Positions 19,537 to 30,134 of a stretch of DNA of 64,000 bases are shown piece after piece. Numbering within the stretch: position 1 is the first letter of the stretch; the number at the start of each line of letters is the position of its first letter. Both the position numbers and the translations under genes were made by a program. The DNA is taken from contig CAMZIQ010000001.1 of assembly GCA_947307295.1 (NCBI GenBank), forward strand, positions 40,968 to 104,967, in the 5' to 3' direction. The notes below the pieces were generated by a model. It had not been told where the DNA came from. It made no database searches and was given only the letters and a program-made list of their open reading frames with translations. The stretch comes from an uncultured Pseudomonadota bacterium. Its GTDB lineage: Bacteria > Pseudomonadota > Alphaproteobacteria > Rs-D84.

Positions 19537-20264
19537 TAAAAAAGTCTATATTACGCGTTGAACATTTATCAAAAACCTATGGCAAACGCATGGTATTACG
19601 CGATATATCTATGATTGCTAACCAGGGGGAATCTGTTGGATTATTGGGACCAAATGGTGCTGGGAAAACTACCGCGTTTTATTGTATCACGGGTCAATTG
19701 GCTGCCACAGGCGGACAAATATTTTTAAATTCTCAAGATATTACTCATTTGCCATTTTATCAACGTTCTCGCCTGCACATTGGGTATTTACCCCAAGAAA
19801 ACAGCGTTTTTCGCGGGCTATCCGTGGAAGACAACATCATGGCAGTATTAGAAATAGTTGAACCGAATCGCAAAAAAAGACAAGAAAAGCTGGATGCATT
19901 ATTGGATGAATTTTCTATTGCGTTTTTACGAAAAAGTCCTGCTACATCTCTATCGGGTGGTGAGCGCAGACGTGTTGAAATCGCGCGTGCATTGGCTAAT
20001 GACCCTAAATTTATTCTATTGGACGAACCGTTCGCAGGTATTGACCCAATTGCCGTTAATGAAATTCGTGAAATGGTATCACAATTAAAAAATCGCGGAT
20101 TGGGTGTTATCATCACAGACCATAACGTTCGTGAAACACTGGGTATCACAGACCGCAGTTATGTTTTGCACGACGGAATGATTTTGAAACACGGCACATC
20201 CAAAGAAATTGTCCAAGACGAAATGGTTAAAAAAGTTTATTTGGGCGAAAATTTCACAATGTAA
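19533..20264 (+). CDS. lptB: LPS export ABC transporter ATP-binding protein LptB
   Basis: Walker A GPNGAGKTT, LSGGERRRVEIARAL signature and Walker B ILLDEPFAGID. Confidence 0.9.
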   Translation: MIKKSILRVEHLSKTYGKRMVLRDISMIANQGESVGLLGPNGAGKTTAFYCITGQLAATGGQIFLNSQDITHLPFYQRSRLHIGYLPQENSVFRGLSVEDNIMAVLEIVEPNRKKRQEKLDALLDEFSIAFLRKSPATSLSGGERRRVEIARALANDPKFILLDEPFAGIDPIAVNEIREMVSQLKNRGLGVIITDHNVRETLGITDRSYVLHDGMILKHGTSKEIVQDEMVKKVYLGENFTM

Positions 20265-20291
20265 TATTAAAAATCAAAGGAGAAAACAAAC

Positions 20292-21554
20292 ATGTTTAAT
20301 ATTGAAAAAGTTCATGCACGTCAAATTATGGATTCACGTGGAAACCCAACAATCGAATGTGATATAACTTTATCTGGTGGCGCTTTTGGTCGCGCAAGTG
20401 TTCCTTCTGGGGCTTCTACTGGCTCTTTCGAAGCTTTGGAATTGCGTGACGGTGGCAACACTTACATGGGCAAAGGTGTTTCCAAAGCGGTAAAAAATGT
20501 GAACGAAATTATTGCGCCTGCTATTCTTGGCATGAATGCTGAAAACCAAACCGAAGTTGATGAAAAAATGTTAGCTTTGGATGGAACACCTAACAAAGAT
20601 AAATTGGGTGCGAACGCTATTTTGTCTGTATCTTTGGCTATTGCGCACGCAGTTGCGAATGCAAAACATATTCCATTATATAAACATATCGCAAATATTT
20701 TTGGTAATTCTAATCCTTGCGTTTTGCCTCGTCCAATGATGAACATCGTTAACGGCGGCGCACACGCAGATAATGGTTTGGATGCTCAAGAATTCATGAT
20801 TATTCCAAACGGTGCGAAAAATGAAGTCGAAGCGATTCGTATGGGTTCTGAAATTTTCCACAATTTGAAATCAATTTTGAAAAAATCAAAACATTCAACC
20901 AACGTTGGTGACGAAGGCGGTTTTGCACCTAACTTTAACACTTGTGATGAAGCTTTGACGACAATAGTAGAAGCAATCAAAGTTGCCGGATATAAACCAG
21001 GCGAACAGGTTTCAATTGGTTTGGACGTCGCTTCTTCTGAATTCTACAAAGATGGTATTTATCATTTCGAAGGCACACAAAAGACAGCTGATGAAATGAT
21101 TGCCTTTTATAAAGATTTGATTTCTAAATATCCAATTATTTCCATTGAAGATGCTTTGGCAGAAGAAGATTGGGAAAATTGGAAAAAATTAAATGATGCA
21201 ATTGGCGATAAATGTCAACTGGTTGGCGATGACTTGTTCGTGACAAATCCGATTCGTTTAAAGAAAGGTATTGATAACGGCGCTGCGAATGCAATTCTTA
21301 TCAAAGTAAATCAAATCGGCTCTTTAACAGAAACTTTGCGCGCAATTAAAATGGCACAAAACGCGAAGTACGGCGTAGTCGTTTCTCATCGTAGTGGCGA
21401 AACAGAAGATACAACTATCGCAGATTTAGCTGTAGCAACTAATGCAGGACAAATCAAAACAGGTTCTATGTCCCGCACAGACCGTATGGCAAAATACAAC
21501 CAATTAATTCGTATTGAAGAAGAATTAGGAAACAATGCAAAATACGGTATATAA
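20292..21554 (+). CDS. eno: enolase
   Basis: Full-length collinear enolase ([29 protein letters not shown]). Confidence 0.97.
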   Translation: MFNIEKVHARQIMDSRGNPTIECDITLSGGAFGRASVPSGASTGSFEALELRDGGNTYMGKGVSKAVKNVNEIIAPAILGMNAENQTEVDEKMLALDGTPNKDKLGANAILSVSLAIAHAVANAKHIPLYKHIANIFGNSNPCVLPRPMMNIVNGGAHADNGLDAQEFMIIPNGAKNEVEAIRMGSEIFHNLKSILKKSKHSTNVGDEGGFAPNFNTCDEALTTIVEAIKVAGYKPGEQVSIGLDVASSEFYKDGIYHFEGTQKTADEMIAFYKDLISKYPIISIEDALAEEDWENWKKLNDAIGDKCQLVGDDLFVTNPIRLKKGIDNGAANAILIKVNQIGSLTETLRAIKMAQNAKYGVVVSHRSGETEDTTIADLAVATNAGQIKTGSMSRTDRMAKYNQLIRIEEELGNNAKYGI

Positions 21555-21557
21555 AAA

Positions 21558-21767
21558 ATGATATTTGGCATAAAGTTTTTGCTGATTATAAAATATATCG
21601 CACTGGTTTGCATACTGGTATGCATAGTATTGGCACCGGCCTATCTGGCTGCTGCCAATGGTTTACAAAAATATGACAGAATGCGAACCAGATGTGGTTC
21701 TTGGCTGTTCGGTTGGTCTTTTATCGGATGGCTGTTTGCGCTTTTTGTATCGGCAAAAAAGTCATAA
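21558..21767 (+). CDS. small membrane protein (69 aa)
   Basis: Two predicted TM helices; 3 nt after the eno stop. Confidence 0.4.
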   Translation: MIFGIKFLLIIKYIALVCILVCIVLAPAYLAAANGLQKYDRMRTRCGSWLFGWSFIGWLFALFVSAKKS

Positions 21768-21797
21768 AAAAACCGCCCATTTGGGCGGTTTTAATTT
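21766..21797 (+). terminator. bidirectional rho-independent terminator
   Basis: ccgcccatttgggcgg hairpin flanked by A- and T-runs. Confidence 0.6.
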
Positions 21798-21809
21798 TCT
21801 ATACAAAAT

Positions 21810-22190
21810 TTATTTTGCGACTTCTTCTGTTTCAGATTCTACTTTTTTTGCACAACCGTATGTGACTTCATCAGAATTTACACCTAACATATATTTAATT
21901 GTACCATCTTCTTGAACAGCAATATGCAATTTTACTTTTTCATCATTTGCATTTTTTCCGTAATAATCAATATTCATTGCATCTTCTGAAGGTTGTACTG
22001 TTAATTTTAAACTTTCACCGTTTATAACAACATTTGCAACATCATCATTTGCACGAACATCCAAAGTTATTTCCGCAGCCCCTGAATTGTGCGTTGCATC
22101 TTCGCACACTAATCCTGTTTCTTGATATTTTGCATTTTGACCACATGCAGCCAAAGCCAATACTGATGTTAATGTTAATACTTTTTTCAT
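21810..22190 (-). CDS. lipoprotein (126 aa)
   Basis: MKKVLTLTSVLALAAC lipobox. Confidence 0.5.
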   Translation of the reverse strand: MKKVLTLTSVLALAACGQNAKYQETGLVCEDATHNSGAAEITLDVRANDDVANVVINGESLKLTVQPSEDAMNIDYYGKNANDEKVKLHIAVQEDGTIKYMLGVNSDEVTYGCAKKVESETEEVAK

Positions 22191-23539
22191 TTTTTCTCCT
22201 TTTTGTTTTCAGGTATTTGTTCAATTTCATCACGTAATCTAACCACTTGTTTTGGATTAGATTTTAACAAACTTATCTTTTCATCTAACAACTTTTTATG
22301 TTCCATAAACAGCGGCTTGTTTTTCGCATCCAAATTATCTATGGCTGGCAATTTCACAGTCATAGGATTCACATGAACACCGTTTTTAATAATTTCATAA
22401 TGTAAATGCGGTCCAGTAGACAAACCAGTTGAACCAGAATAACCTATAATTTGACCTTGGCGTACCATGGTACCAACGTTTACACCCTTTGCAAATTTAG
22501 ACATATGTGCATACAGCGTTTCAAAAGAACCATTGTGTCTTATCTTTACAAAATTACCATGTCCGCGGTTAAAACTGCGCGCGATAACACGCCCTGCCCC
22601 AGCAGCAGGAATCGGTGTCCCGGTGGGTGCACGGAAATCCACACCTTTGTGCGCACGTGTGTAACCCAACACAGGGTGTTTACGTTTACCTGTAAATTTT
22701 GATGTTATTTTTGCATTATTAATAGGTGTTCTTTTCAAAGATTTAATTGCACCATTTCCGTTTCCATCATAATATCCCGCATGACCGTTTTCTTTAACAT
22801 AACGATACATTTGAACATTTCCACGCAAAGCATCAAAAGACACCGCCAAAACATGCCCGTTATCAACCTTTTTTTCCGAAGCAAAATTTTCTTCGTATAA
22901 AACATAGAATTTTTGCCCCGCCCTGATATCACGTTCAAAGTCCATTTCAAAAGCCAACAAATCATATACATCTAATATAATACCTTCTGGAATACCCGCA
23001 TCCATCGCTGAAAGATAAAAACTGCTGCCTTTGGCGATTTCGCCTTCTTTATAAGCGATTCGTGTATCACGTTCAATTTCTATTTTTTGACATTGCCATG
23101 TATCACGAGTTTCACAATCTATTTCAATTCTATTCCAAGGCCCATTTTCAATAATAATCTTAGAAATTGGTTCGCCTTCTTTTGGTCGAACAAAATCAAA
23201 TTTATCACGTCCAGCGCGCAATGTTGTAAAATCTGCATCTTTTTTAAGATTCGCAGATATAGCATGTATATCATTAATGGAAAAACCCTGATTTCCCAAG
23301 ATTTTAGAAAGTGTATCACCAGATTTCACTTCTACCAGCATATGATGTTCTGGCGACACAGCTTCAATCACAGCTTGACGTGCAGGCTTGCTAAACAAAA
23401 CAACCCCAGCTGCAATAGCGACCATCACCAATGCAATAACTAAAATAACACGAGACAACACATGTACATTGCCCAACTTCTTACAAGATTTTACCAAACC
23501 AGCAGTCATCTTTTTCATAATATTTTTTGCTTTTTTCAT
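22187..23539 (-). CDS. M23 family metallopeptidase with a LysM-like domain (murein DD-endopeptidase-like)
   Basis: LysM-like VKSGDTLSKIL; M23 motifs HKGVDF…, GYSGSTGLSTGPHLHYEI. The start was chosen at MKKAKN; the ORF track extends to 23575. Confidence 0.8.
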   Translation of the reverse strand: MKKAKNIMKKMTAGLVKSCKKLGNVHVLSRVILVIALVMVAIAAGVVLFSKPARQAVIEAVSPEHHMLVEVKSGDTLSKILGNQGFSINDIHAISANLKKDADFTTLRAGRDKFDFVRPKEGEPISKIIIENGPWNRIEIDCETRDTWQCQKIEIERDTRIAYKEGEIAKGSSFYLSAMDAGIPEGIILDVYDLLAFEMDFERDIRAGQKFYVLYEENFASEKKVDNGHVLAVSFDALRGNVQMYRYVKENGHAGYYDGNGNGAIKSLKRTPINNAKITSKFTGKRKHPVLGYTRAHKGVDFRAPTGTPIPAAGAGRVIARSFNRGHGNFVKIRHNGSFETLYAHMSKFAKGVNVGTMVRQGQIIGYSGSTGLSTGPHLHYEIIKNGVHVNPMTVKLPAIDNLDAKNKPLFMEHKKLLDEKISLLKSNPKQVVRLRDEIEQIPENKKEKK

Positions 23540-23560
23540 GAAGCCCATTATAATAAAAAT

Positions 23561-24328
23561 ATGAATATAAATCAAGTGTTCACAATTCTAGAATCTGCTG
23601 GTGGTGTTCGAACCGCCAGAATCATTACTGAAAACCGCAAAAAACTATCTTTTCTGCGAACTTTTTGGTATGCGTATCAATTAAAACGTGGTGTCCCTGT
23701 TGCAAAAATCATACATTCTAAATGGTTTTATGGGTTGGAATTTTATACAAATCGCCATACACTTGACCCTAGACCTGACACAGAAACTTTGGTCGAAGCA
23801 GTCATAAAAGATTGTCCGACAAATGATACACGCTCTATTTTAGACATGGGTACTGGCACAGGCTGTATAATATGTGCGCTTTGTAAAAACATTCCGAATA
23901 CCAAAGGTGTTGCTATTGACAAATCAAGAACGGCTTTGCAAGTTGCGAAAAAAAACGTAAAAAAATTTGGATTGCAAAATGAAATAAAATTGAAACATGG
24001 TGATTTTGCTAATTTTAAATCAAATGAAAAATTTGATATCATCGTTTCAAACCCACCTTATATAAAATATGGAGACGTGCGCGTAAACGATGGCGCAAAA
24101 TTTGACCCAAAAATTGCACTTTATGCAGACAATGATGGCTTAATGGCTTTTGAAGAAATTGCAAAAAACGCGAAAACATTGATAAAACCAAATGGAAAAA
24201 TATATCTGGAAATTGGTGTTGGGCAATCCAGTAATGTAATTAAAATCTTTGAATTTTTTGGCTGGCATTTTGAACGTATTGAAAAAGATTTGTCTGGCAT
24301 AAATCGTGTTGTGGTATTTAATCACTAA
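23561..24328 (+). CDS. prmC: release factor glutamine methyltransferase PrmC/HemK
   Basis: MGTGTGCI SAM motif and IVSNPPYI (NPPY) motif. The start was taken at the internal ATG at 23561; the track ORF starts at 23462. Confidence 0.85.
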   Translation: MNINQVFTILESAGGVRTARIITENRKKLSFLRTFWYAYQLKRGVPVAKIIHSKWFYGLEFYTNRHTLDPRPDTETLVEAVIKDCPTNDTRSILDMGTGTGCIICALCKNIPNTKGVAIDKSRTALQVAKKNVKKFGLQNEIKLKHGDFANFKSNEKFDIIVSNPPYIKYGDVRVNDGAKFDPKIALYADNDGLMAFEEIAKNAKTLIKPNGKIYLEIGVGQSSNVIKIFEFFGWHFERIEKDLSGINRVVVFNH

Positions 24329-24394
24329 CAAATTGATTTTCTGCATTTTTTTATATACTATATCAATATATTATTCAATTCAAAAGGATGAATT

Positions 24395-25024
24395 ATGCTC
24401 AATGTCTATAATGATGAACAGCATGTAGCGGATGTGCTTACATTTGATTCACCAAATTCTCAAAAAATTTACAAAAAACAAGTAAAATCTGATGGAAATA
24501 CAGAATATACAATCAGGTATGAAACATTTTTTATCACCCCAAATTTTACTAAAATTTTATTAAACCCAAACAATGAAATATTGGCATATATTGACGTTCA
24601 ACGCATTCCAGCACCAGTTAGGACTCAATTCAAACGGTGGAAATGGTTTGGAATACAAGAATTTTTCCCAGAATTAATTGGTGATTTTTCTCACCCAATA
24701 ACAGAAGAAGAAAACAGGTCTTTTTCTGGAGATTGCTGGTTGCACAAAACAAACGAACATTTGTATATTTTGGATACGGCTGGTTTATCTCGGCATCAAG
24801 ATTGGTATCGTGTTGGCACAGACCTTCTTAACGAAGGATTTATTGAAACTAATTTCGGAATTCTTGACCACAGTACGCGTTCATACAAATATAACACTCA
24901 TCCATCTGCACCAACGCAACGAATTGAAAATATAAAAAAAGATATTTTGATAAGAGAAGGTATAATAAAACCAAAATTAACATTTGCACAAAAAATAAAA
25001 CAAGCTTTCCAAATAAAAAAATAA
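24395..25024 (+). CDS. hypothetical protein (209 aa)
   Basis: ORF with a downstream terminator; no recognisable motif. Confidence 0.5.
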   Translation: MLNVYNDEQHVADVLTFDSPNSQKIYKKQVKSDGNTEYTIRYETFFITPNFTKILLNPNNEILAYIDVQRIPAPVRTQFKRWKWFGIQEFFPELIGDFSHPITEEENRSFSGDCWLHKTNEHLYILDTAGLSRHQDWYRVGTDLLNEGFIETNFGILDHSTRSYKYNTHPSAPTQRIENIKKDILIREGIIKPKLTFAQKIKQAFQIKK

Positions 25025-25027
25025 TAA

Positions 25028-25060
25028 TAAAAATCCCCCGAATGTTCGGGGGTTATTTTT
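25028..25060 (+). terminator. bidirectional rho-independent terminator
   Basis: cccccgaatgttcggggg hairpin flanked by A/T runs. Confidence 0.6.
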
Positions 25061-25061
25061 A

Positions 25062-25706
25062 CTATTTAAAAAATTGATTATTCTTTTTTAACCAACCAAT
25101 TGAAGTTTCCATACCATGTCCATGGACAACCCATGTTCCATCAGATAGATTCTTTTTATAAAGATTACTGATTGATTCAAACAATTTATCTTTATTACCA
25201 CCAGGCATATCATAGCGTCCAATACTTTCTTGGAATAATGTATCGCCAATCAACAATATTTTATATTTTGGAAAATAAAACATCAAACCACCAGGTGTAT
25301 GTCCTGGGCTTTCCATAATTTCCATATCTATACCAGGCAAAACTTCAATTGTTCCTTTGGATATATCTATGGGTTTTTTATAACCATCTTGAATATGAGG
25401 CAATTCAAACATATCTAAAAAATCATTTGCATTACCGACCATAAAATTATCATTTGTGTTTAAAAACCAATCTACATCAAACATACTCGCCAAAGCCGGA
25501 GCTGCCGATATATGATCAGGATGTCCATGAGTCGCATATATTGCGCGCAATTTTAATTTGCGTTTTAATAAAACGCGTTCCCAATCAGTCACTTTACCCC
25601 ACGGGTCAAAAATAACAGCATCCGTCCCCACACTCACCAGCACCGAATTAGTGTTCATTGGTGGCATATGTAAAATTTCAAACTTTACTTCGTTATTTTT
25701 TTGCAT
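25062..25706 (-). CDS. MBL-fold metallo-hydrolase (glyoxalase II-like)
   Basis: HGHPDHISAA (HxHxDH) motif; 214 aa. Confidence 0.75.
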   Translation of the reverse strand: MQKNNEVKFEILHMPPMNTNSVLVSVGTDAVIFDPWGKVTDWERVLLKRKLKLRAIYATHGHPDHISAAPALASMFDVDWFLNTNDNFMVGNANDFLDMFELPHIQDGYKKPIDISKGTIEVLPGIDMEIMESPGHTPGGLMFYFPKYKILLIGDTLFQESIGRYDMPGGNKDKLFESISNLYKKNLSDGTWVVHGHGMETSIGWLKKNNQFFK

Positions 25707-27663
25707 TTGATTTTCCCGATGTCTTCTTAGTTGACTTTTTCGTTGTCACCTTTTTTGCTGATGTTTTTTCACCAGAAATAAGTTCGCGGATTTCGTCTGC
25801 TGACAACGTTTCTTTATCCAGCAAAGCTTTTGCTATTTTTTCAACAGTTGCTTTGTTTTTGGTCACTAAACCTTTGGCATCTTTGTATGCTACATCCAAC
25901 CAATTTTTTATTTCATCGTCTACCATCTCAGCCGTTTTTTCAGAAGCATTTTCCAGCGCAACTTTCTGCCCAAAAGTGTTTGCTTGGTTAATTGCAACCA
26001 TACCAATTTTATCAGACAAACCAGCCATAGTAATAGAACGCCGCGCAACACGTGTCGCCATTTCTATATCACTTGAAGCACCAGTTGTAATTTTATTTTT
26101 CCCAAAGAACACCTCTTCAGCGGCACGACCAGCCAAATCAATAGATAAATTTGCACGAACTTCATCCAAAGTCATTGATACTTTATCATCTACTGGCAAA
26201 TGTTGCACCATACCAAGCGCACGTCCACGTGGAATAATTGTTGCTTTGTGTATTGGGTCTGTAATATCGCTGTAATGCATACCAACAAACGCATGCCCTG
26301 CTTCGTGATACGCAGTTAATTTAATATCTTCCTGACGAATTTTACGATTCTTTACTGGCCCCATCAAAATTTTATCACGTGCCTCTTCAATATCGCTTTG
26401 TTCAACAACCTTGTGTCCGGCACGCACAGCATGCAAAGCCGATTCGTTCAACAGATTTTCCAAATCTGCACCACTAAAACCGGTTGTTCCACGTGCGACA
26501 TCCATCATAGAAACTTTGTCACCTATTTTAAATTTCTTTGCATGTAATTCCAAAATATCACGACGTCCCTCTAAATTTGGTAAATCAATATATATTTGTC
26601 TATCAAAACGACCAGGTCGTAAAAGCGCAGCATCCAGCATATCAGGTCTATTAGTCGCAGCTATTACGATTATACCCGTATCATTTGCAAACCCATCCAT
26701 TTCTATTAATAATTGATTCAAAGTTTGTTCACGGTCATTATCATTAAAAGAATGTTTACTGCGGCTTTGCCCGATTGCATCTATTTCATCAATAAATAAA
26801 ATACAAGGGGCATTACGTTTAGCCAATTCAAATATTTCTTTGATTTTTGCAACGCCTAAACCCACAATAATTCCAGAAAAATCACTACCTGATGTTGCAA
26901 AGAAAGGAACATTTGCTTCACCTGCCACAGCTCGTGCAAGCAAAGTTTTACCTGTACCAGGTTCACCAGACAATAAAATTCCACGTGGAACGCGCGCACC
27001 CAGAGCCTTGAACTTATCTTTATGTTTCAAAAATTCAACAACTTCCATTAATTCTTGCTTTTCAGAATCAATACCAGCCACGTCTTTAAAGGTTGTTTTT
27101 GTTTTTCCAGTTGTTATTTTTGTAGGATTTTGCCCGATTAAACTGCGTGTAAGCCCACCTGCGCCACCACCGCTGCCACCACGAAGTAAACGCAACAACC
27201 AGAACAAGAACAAAACACTAACCGCTATGGGCAAACCTTTGCCAACAATATCCCATGTAGAATCAGATTTGTTTATTGAAATTGTTGCGCCATTTTTAGA
27301 AATTTTTTCCAACATCTCTGGATTATAAGCAATAGTCGCACGATAAGGTGTACCGTCCTTTAAGGTTCCGGTTGCAACATCATCCTTGCTAATTTCCATA
27401 GTTTTTATATCGTCTGCCCTGCGTAAAACATCAGAAAAAGACAATTCTATTGGCGCTTTGGCTTCGACCTTATCACCCGCAACAACAGCATCTTTAACCG
27501 AAGCTGTGTTCAAGCCACCAGAAAATATTATTCGTGCCACCAGCGCAACAAATAAAATTATAAATATGATTAAATAAAATTTAGAATTATCTTTTTTCTT
27601 AAATAAGCTTTTTCCGTTTTTCATGTCTTTTCCTAAAACTTGTTCGTTTTCCTTCTGGGACAA
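25693..27663 (-). CDS. ftsH: ATP-dependent zinc metalloprotease FtsH, with a Lys-rich C-terminal tail
   Basis: Walker A GEPGTGKT, SRH region, HEAGHA zinc motif. The true start is probably MKNGKSLFKK (about 27624). Confidence 0.95.
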   Translation of the reverse strand: MSQKENEQVLGKDMKNGKSLFKKKDNSKFYLIIFIILFVALVARIIFSGGLNTASVKDAVVAGDKVEAKAPIELSFSDVLRRADDIKTMEISKDDVATGTLKDGTPYRATIAYNPEMLEKISKNGATISINKSDSTWDIVGKGLPIAVSVLFLFWLLRLLRGGSGGGAGGLTRSLIGQNPTKITTGKTKTTFKDVAGIDSEKQELMEVVEFLKHKDKFKALGARVPRGILLSGEPGTGKTLLARAVAGEANVPFFATSGSDFSGIIVGLGVAKIKEIFELAKRNAPCILFIDEIDAIGQSRSKHSFNDNDREQTLNQLLIEMDGFANDTGIIVIAATNRPDMLDAALLRPGRFDRQIYIDLPNLEGRRDILELHAKKFKIGDKVSMMDVARGTTGFSGADLENLLNESALHAVRAGHKVVEQSDIEEARDKILMGPVKNRKIRQEDIKLTAYHEAGHAFVGMHYSDITDPIHKATIIPRGRALGMVQHLPVDDKVSMTLDEVRANLSIDLAGRAAEEVFFGKNKITTGASSDIEMATRVARRSITMAGLSDKIGMVAINQANTFGQKVALENASEKTAEMVDDEIKNWLDVAYKDAKGLVTKNKATVEKIAKALLDKETLSADEIRELISGEKTSAKKVTTKKSTKKTSGKSNAKK

Positions 27664-28576
27664 TCAAGATTCTATCATTAAGTCTTCGAATCGTACAATG
27701 CCCCAACGTAAATTTACAGTCTTTGTGTAAATTAGATAGTGCGTTTTGCAAAGAATTCAAGCGCACAGGATAACCATCCCCCCCAATTCTTTGAATCAAC
27801 ATACCTAAGAACTTTAATCTAATTTCTTCTGCTTCGTCAAATAAAAAAGATACACCAAACATCGCACCCCATGAACGCAATACCATTTCTACACGATTAG
27901 AAATGTATTTATCCATCCATTCTCGTGTTCGCGACAGATTTTGAATAGCCAACAAAATTCGCGCATCACTTATTCCTAAATCATCATTTAAGACATGGCG
28001 ATTTTTACGAATTTTCACGCGCGTATAATGTTCATCGCTATTCATAGAATCGACAAAGTATTTAATATTATTATCTTCACAATATTTTTTAATTTCTTCC
28101 CTGGATACATTTAATAACGGACGCAAAATAGTAATTCCATCTCGCGATGATTTCGGCAACATAGCAGACAAGCCATATAAACCGCTGCCACGCGACAAAT
28201 TCATCAAAAAAGTTTCAATTTGATCATCACTTTGATGTGCGGTCAATAAATATTCTATATCGTTTTCATGACAAAAATCCGTCATCATTTTATAGCGCGC
28301 TTCTCTAGCTGCTGCCTCTAAACCATTTTCTGGTTTTTCATCATTCCAATAAAAAATCTTGCAAGGGATATTAAGCCCGGTACACACATCTTTGACATAA
28401 TCAGTTTCAATATCTGCTTCTGCCCGTAATTGATGATTCACATGCAAACAAATTACATCGGCACCGATTTCATGCAGCCAGTAAAGCAAGCACATTGAAT
28501 CAACACCGCCACTAACAGCCACCGCCATTTTGGCATCACTATATCCTTGCATAAAATCAATAAACTTTTTATTCAT
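27599..28576 (-). CDS. tilS: tRNA(Ile)-lysidine synthetase
   Basis: PP-loop AVSGGVDSMCLL; immediately upstream of ftsH, an arrangement common in alphaproteobacteria. Confidence 0.9.
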   Translation of the reverse strand: MNKKFIDFMQGYSDAKMAVAVSGGVDSMCLLYWLHEIGADVICLHVNHQLRAEADIETDYVKDVCTGLNIPCKIFYWNDEKPENGLEAAAREARYKMMTDFCHENDIEYLLTAHQSDDQIETFLMNLSRGSGLYGLSAMLPKSSRDGITILRPLLNVSREEIKKYCEDNNIKYFVDSMNSDEHYTRVKIRKNRHVLNDDLGISDARILLAIQNLSRTREWMDKYISNRVEMVLRSWGAMFGVSFLFDEAEEIRLKFLGMLIQRIGGDGYPVRLNSLQNALSNLHKDCKFTLGHCTIRRLNDRILIVPEGKRTSFRKRHEKRKKLI

Positions 28577-28623
28577 ATCCAGTTTATTTTATGGTATAAT
28601 TTCGAAAAATAAAGGAAAAATAT

Positions 28624-29205
28624 ATGAAGAAAAAAATTAAAGCAGTAGCCGTATACTGTGGTCATCAGTTCGGCAATAATCCTGAATACGCAAAAGATGC
28701 CAGCAAAGTCGGTGAATTATTGGCTCGTAATAAAATTACTTTGGTGTTTGGTGGCGGTAATGTCGGCTTGATGGGTACCGTAGCCAGCGCAGCGGTTGAC
28801 AACGGTGGCGAAGTAATCGGCATATCAACAACTCACGTTGTATCATTACAAGAACCAGCACACAAAGATATAGATGTAAAAATCGTAGATGGATTATCTG
28901 CACGCAAAGAAGAAATGTTTGAATTGTCTGATGCTTTTGTAATTTTACCAGGTGGCATCGGGACATTGGATGAAATGACAGATATCATGACAAAACAACA
29001 AGTTGGCGAATCTTGCAAGCCTATATATATGTTAAATACAGCAAAATATTGGGAAATTTTTGGTCAAGTTATGGTTCATATGCAAGCCGAAGGCTTTATG
29101 GCAAGCGTGGATGACTATAATTTACATGTGGTTAATTCCCCAGAAGAACTGATAAAAAAATTAACTGATAGTGACGATTTTGTCACGGCCTGTAAGACCG
29201 CGTAA
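28624..29205 (+). CDS. LOG family protein (cytokinin riboside 5'-monophosphate phosphoribohydrolase-like, TIGR00730)
   Basis: GGGNVGLMG and PGGIGTLDE motifs. Confidence 0.85.
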   Translation: MKKKIKAVAVYCGHQFGNNPEYAKDASKVGELLARNKITLVFGGGNVGLMGTVASAAVDNGGEVIGISTTHVVSLQEPAHKDIDVKIVDGLSARKEEMFELSDAFVILPGGIGTLDEMTDIMTKQQVGESCKPIYMLNTAKYWEIFGQVMVHMQAEGFMASVDDYNLHVVNSPEELIKKLTDSDDFVTACKTA

Positions 29206-29391
29206 AATCTTTATCTTTGATTTCGGCACATCCAAATATTCTGATAACAATTCAATCACAGCACTATTAGCACGTCCGTTTTCGGGCGCAACAGTAGTAT
29301 AAACACGCAAAACCCCATCTGTTTCAATAACTTTGTTTTGTTTTGCGTGTGGTGTGACCCGAACATTAAAAATCTTCTGTGAATCTGTCAT
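29161..29391 (-). CDS. small DUF167/YggU-like protein (76 aa)
   Basis: Size and the pattern VRVTPHAKQNKV…LRVYTTVAPENGRAN resemble the YggU family; weak. Confidence 0.45.
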   Translation of the reverse strand: MTDSQKIFNVRVTPHAKQNKVIETDGVLRVYTTVAPENGRANSAVIELLSEYLDVPKSKIKILRGLTGRDKIVTIS

Positions 29392-29722
29392 CGCTCATTA
29401 TATGAATATGGAAATGCATAACCGATTGCCCTGCCCCACGACCAGTATTAGCAACCGTTCTAAAATTATTACGCAATCCCAGTTTTTCAACTGTATTTCG
29501 AACACCAGACCAAAAAGCAATTTGGAAATCAGCAGGTGCATTTTGCGTAAAATCAAAAATATCAGTATATTCACCACGTGGAATTACTAAAACATGAACA
29601 TTTGCACGTGGCGCAACATCATAAAAAGCCAAAACATTATCATCGCTGTATACGGTTTTATTAGGAATTTCACCACGCAATATCTTTGCAAAAACATTAT
29701 TTTTATCGTACATATTTATCAC
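29366..29722 (-). CDS. HIT family protein (HinT-like)
   Basis: Histidine triad HFHIHIM; 118 aa. Confidence 0.85.
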   Translation of the reverse strand: MINMYDKNNVFAKILRGEIPNKTVYSDDNVLAFYDVAPRANVHVLVIPRGEYTDIFDFTQNAPADFQIAFWSGVRNTVEKLGLRNNFRTVANTGRGAGQSVMHFHIHIMSDDRFTEDF

Positions 29723-29831
29723 CCTTGTTTACTAGATAAGATAATACACCCAATTAATATACAAAATCAAGACCTTGAAATACGATTTTTTTGGACTATA
29801 TTTCTGACATAGCAATGATAAAAGGAGTTTT

Positions 29832-30119
29832 ATGATGTTTAAACCATTGCATAATTATATTTTATTACAAAGAATTGAAGAAGAAAATAAAACCGCTGGC
29901 GGAATTATTATCCCAGACAATGCAAAAGAAAAACCTTCTCGCGGTCGCGTAATTGCAACTGGCGACGGCATATTTGAAAACGGGCAAAAGATACCTGTAT
30001 CTGTAAAGAAAGATGATATTGTATTATTTGCAAAATGGGCATCTTCTGCTAATGAAGTAAAAATTGATGGTCAAGATTATGTTTTAATCAAAGAATCTGA
30101 CATTTTAGGCATTTTATAA
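29832..30119 (+). CDS. groES: co-chaperonin GroES
   Basis: [15 protein letters not shown]…GGIIIPD…GRVIATGDG pattern; immediately upstream of groEL. Confidence 0.9.
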   Translation: MMFKPLHNYILLQRIEEENKTAGGIIIPDNAKEKPSRGRVIATGDGIFENGQKIPVSVKKDDIVLFAKWASSANEVKIDGQDYVLIKESDILGIL

Positions 30120-30134
30120 TAAAAGGAATAAATC

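Noticed and set aside
19760-20149. 129-aa minus-strand ORF inside lptB
   Set aside because: It is antisense to a canonical ABC ATPase gene and is a shadow ORF.
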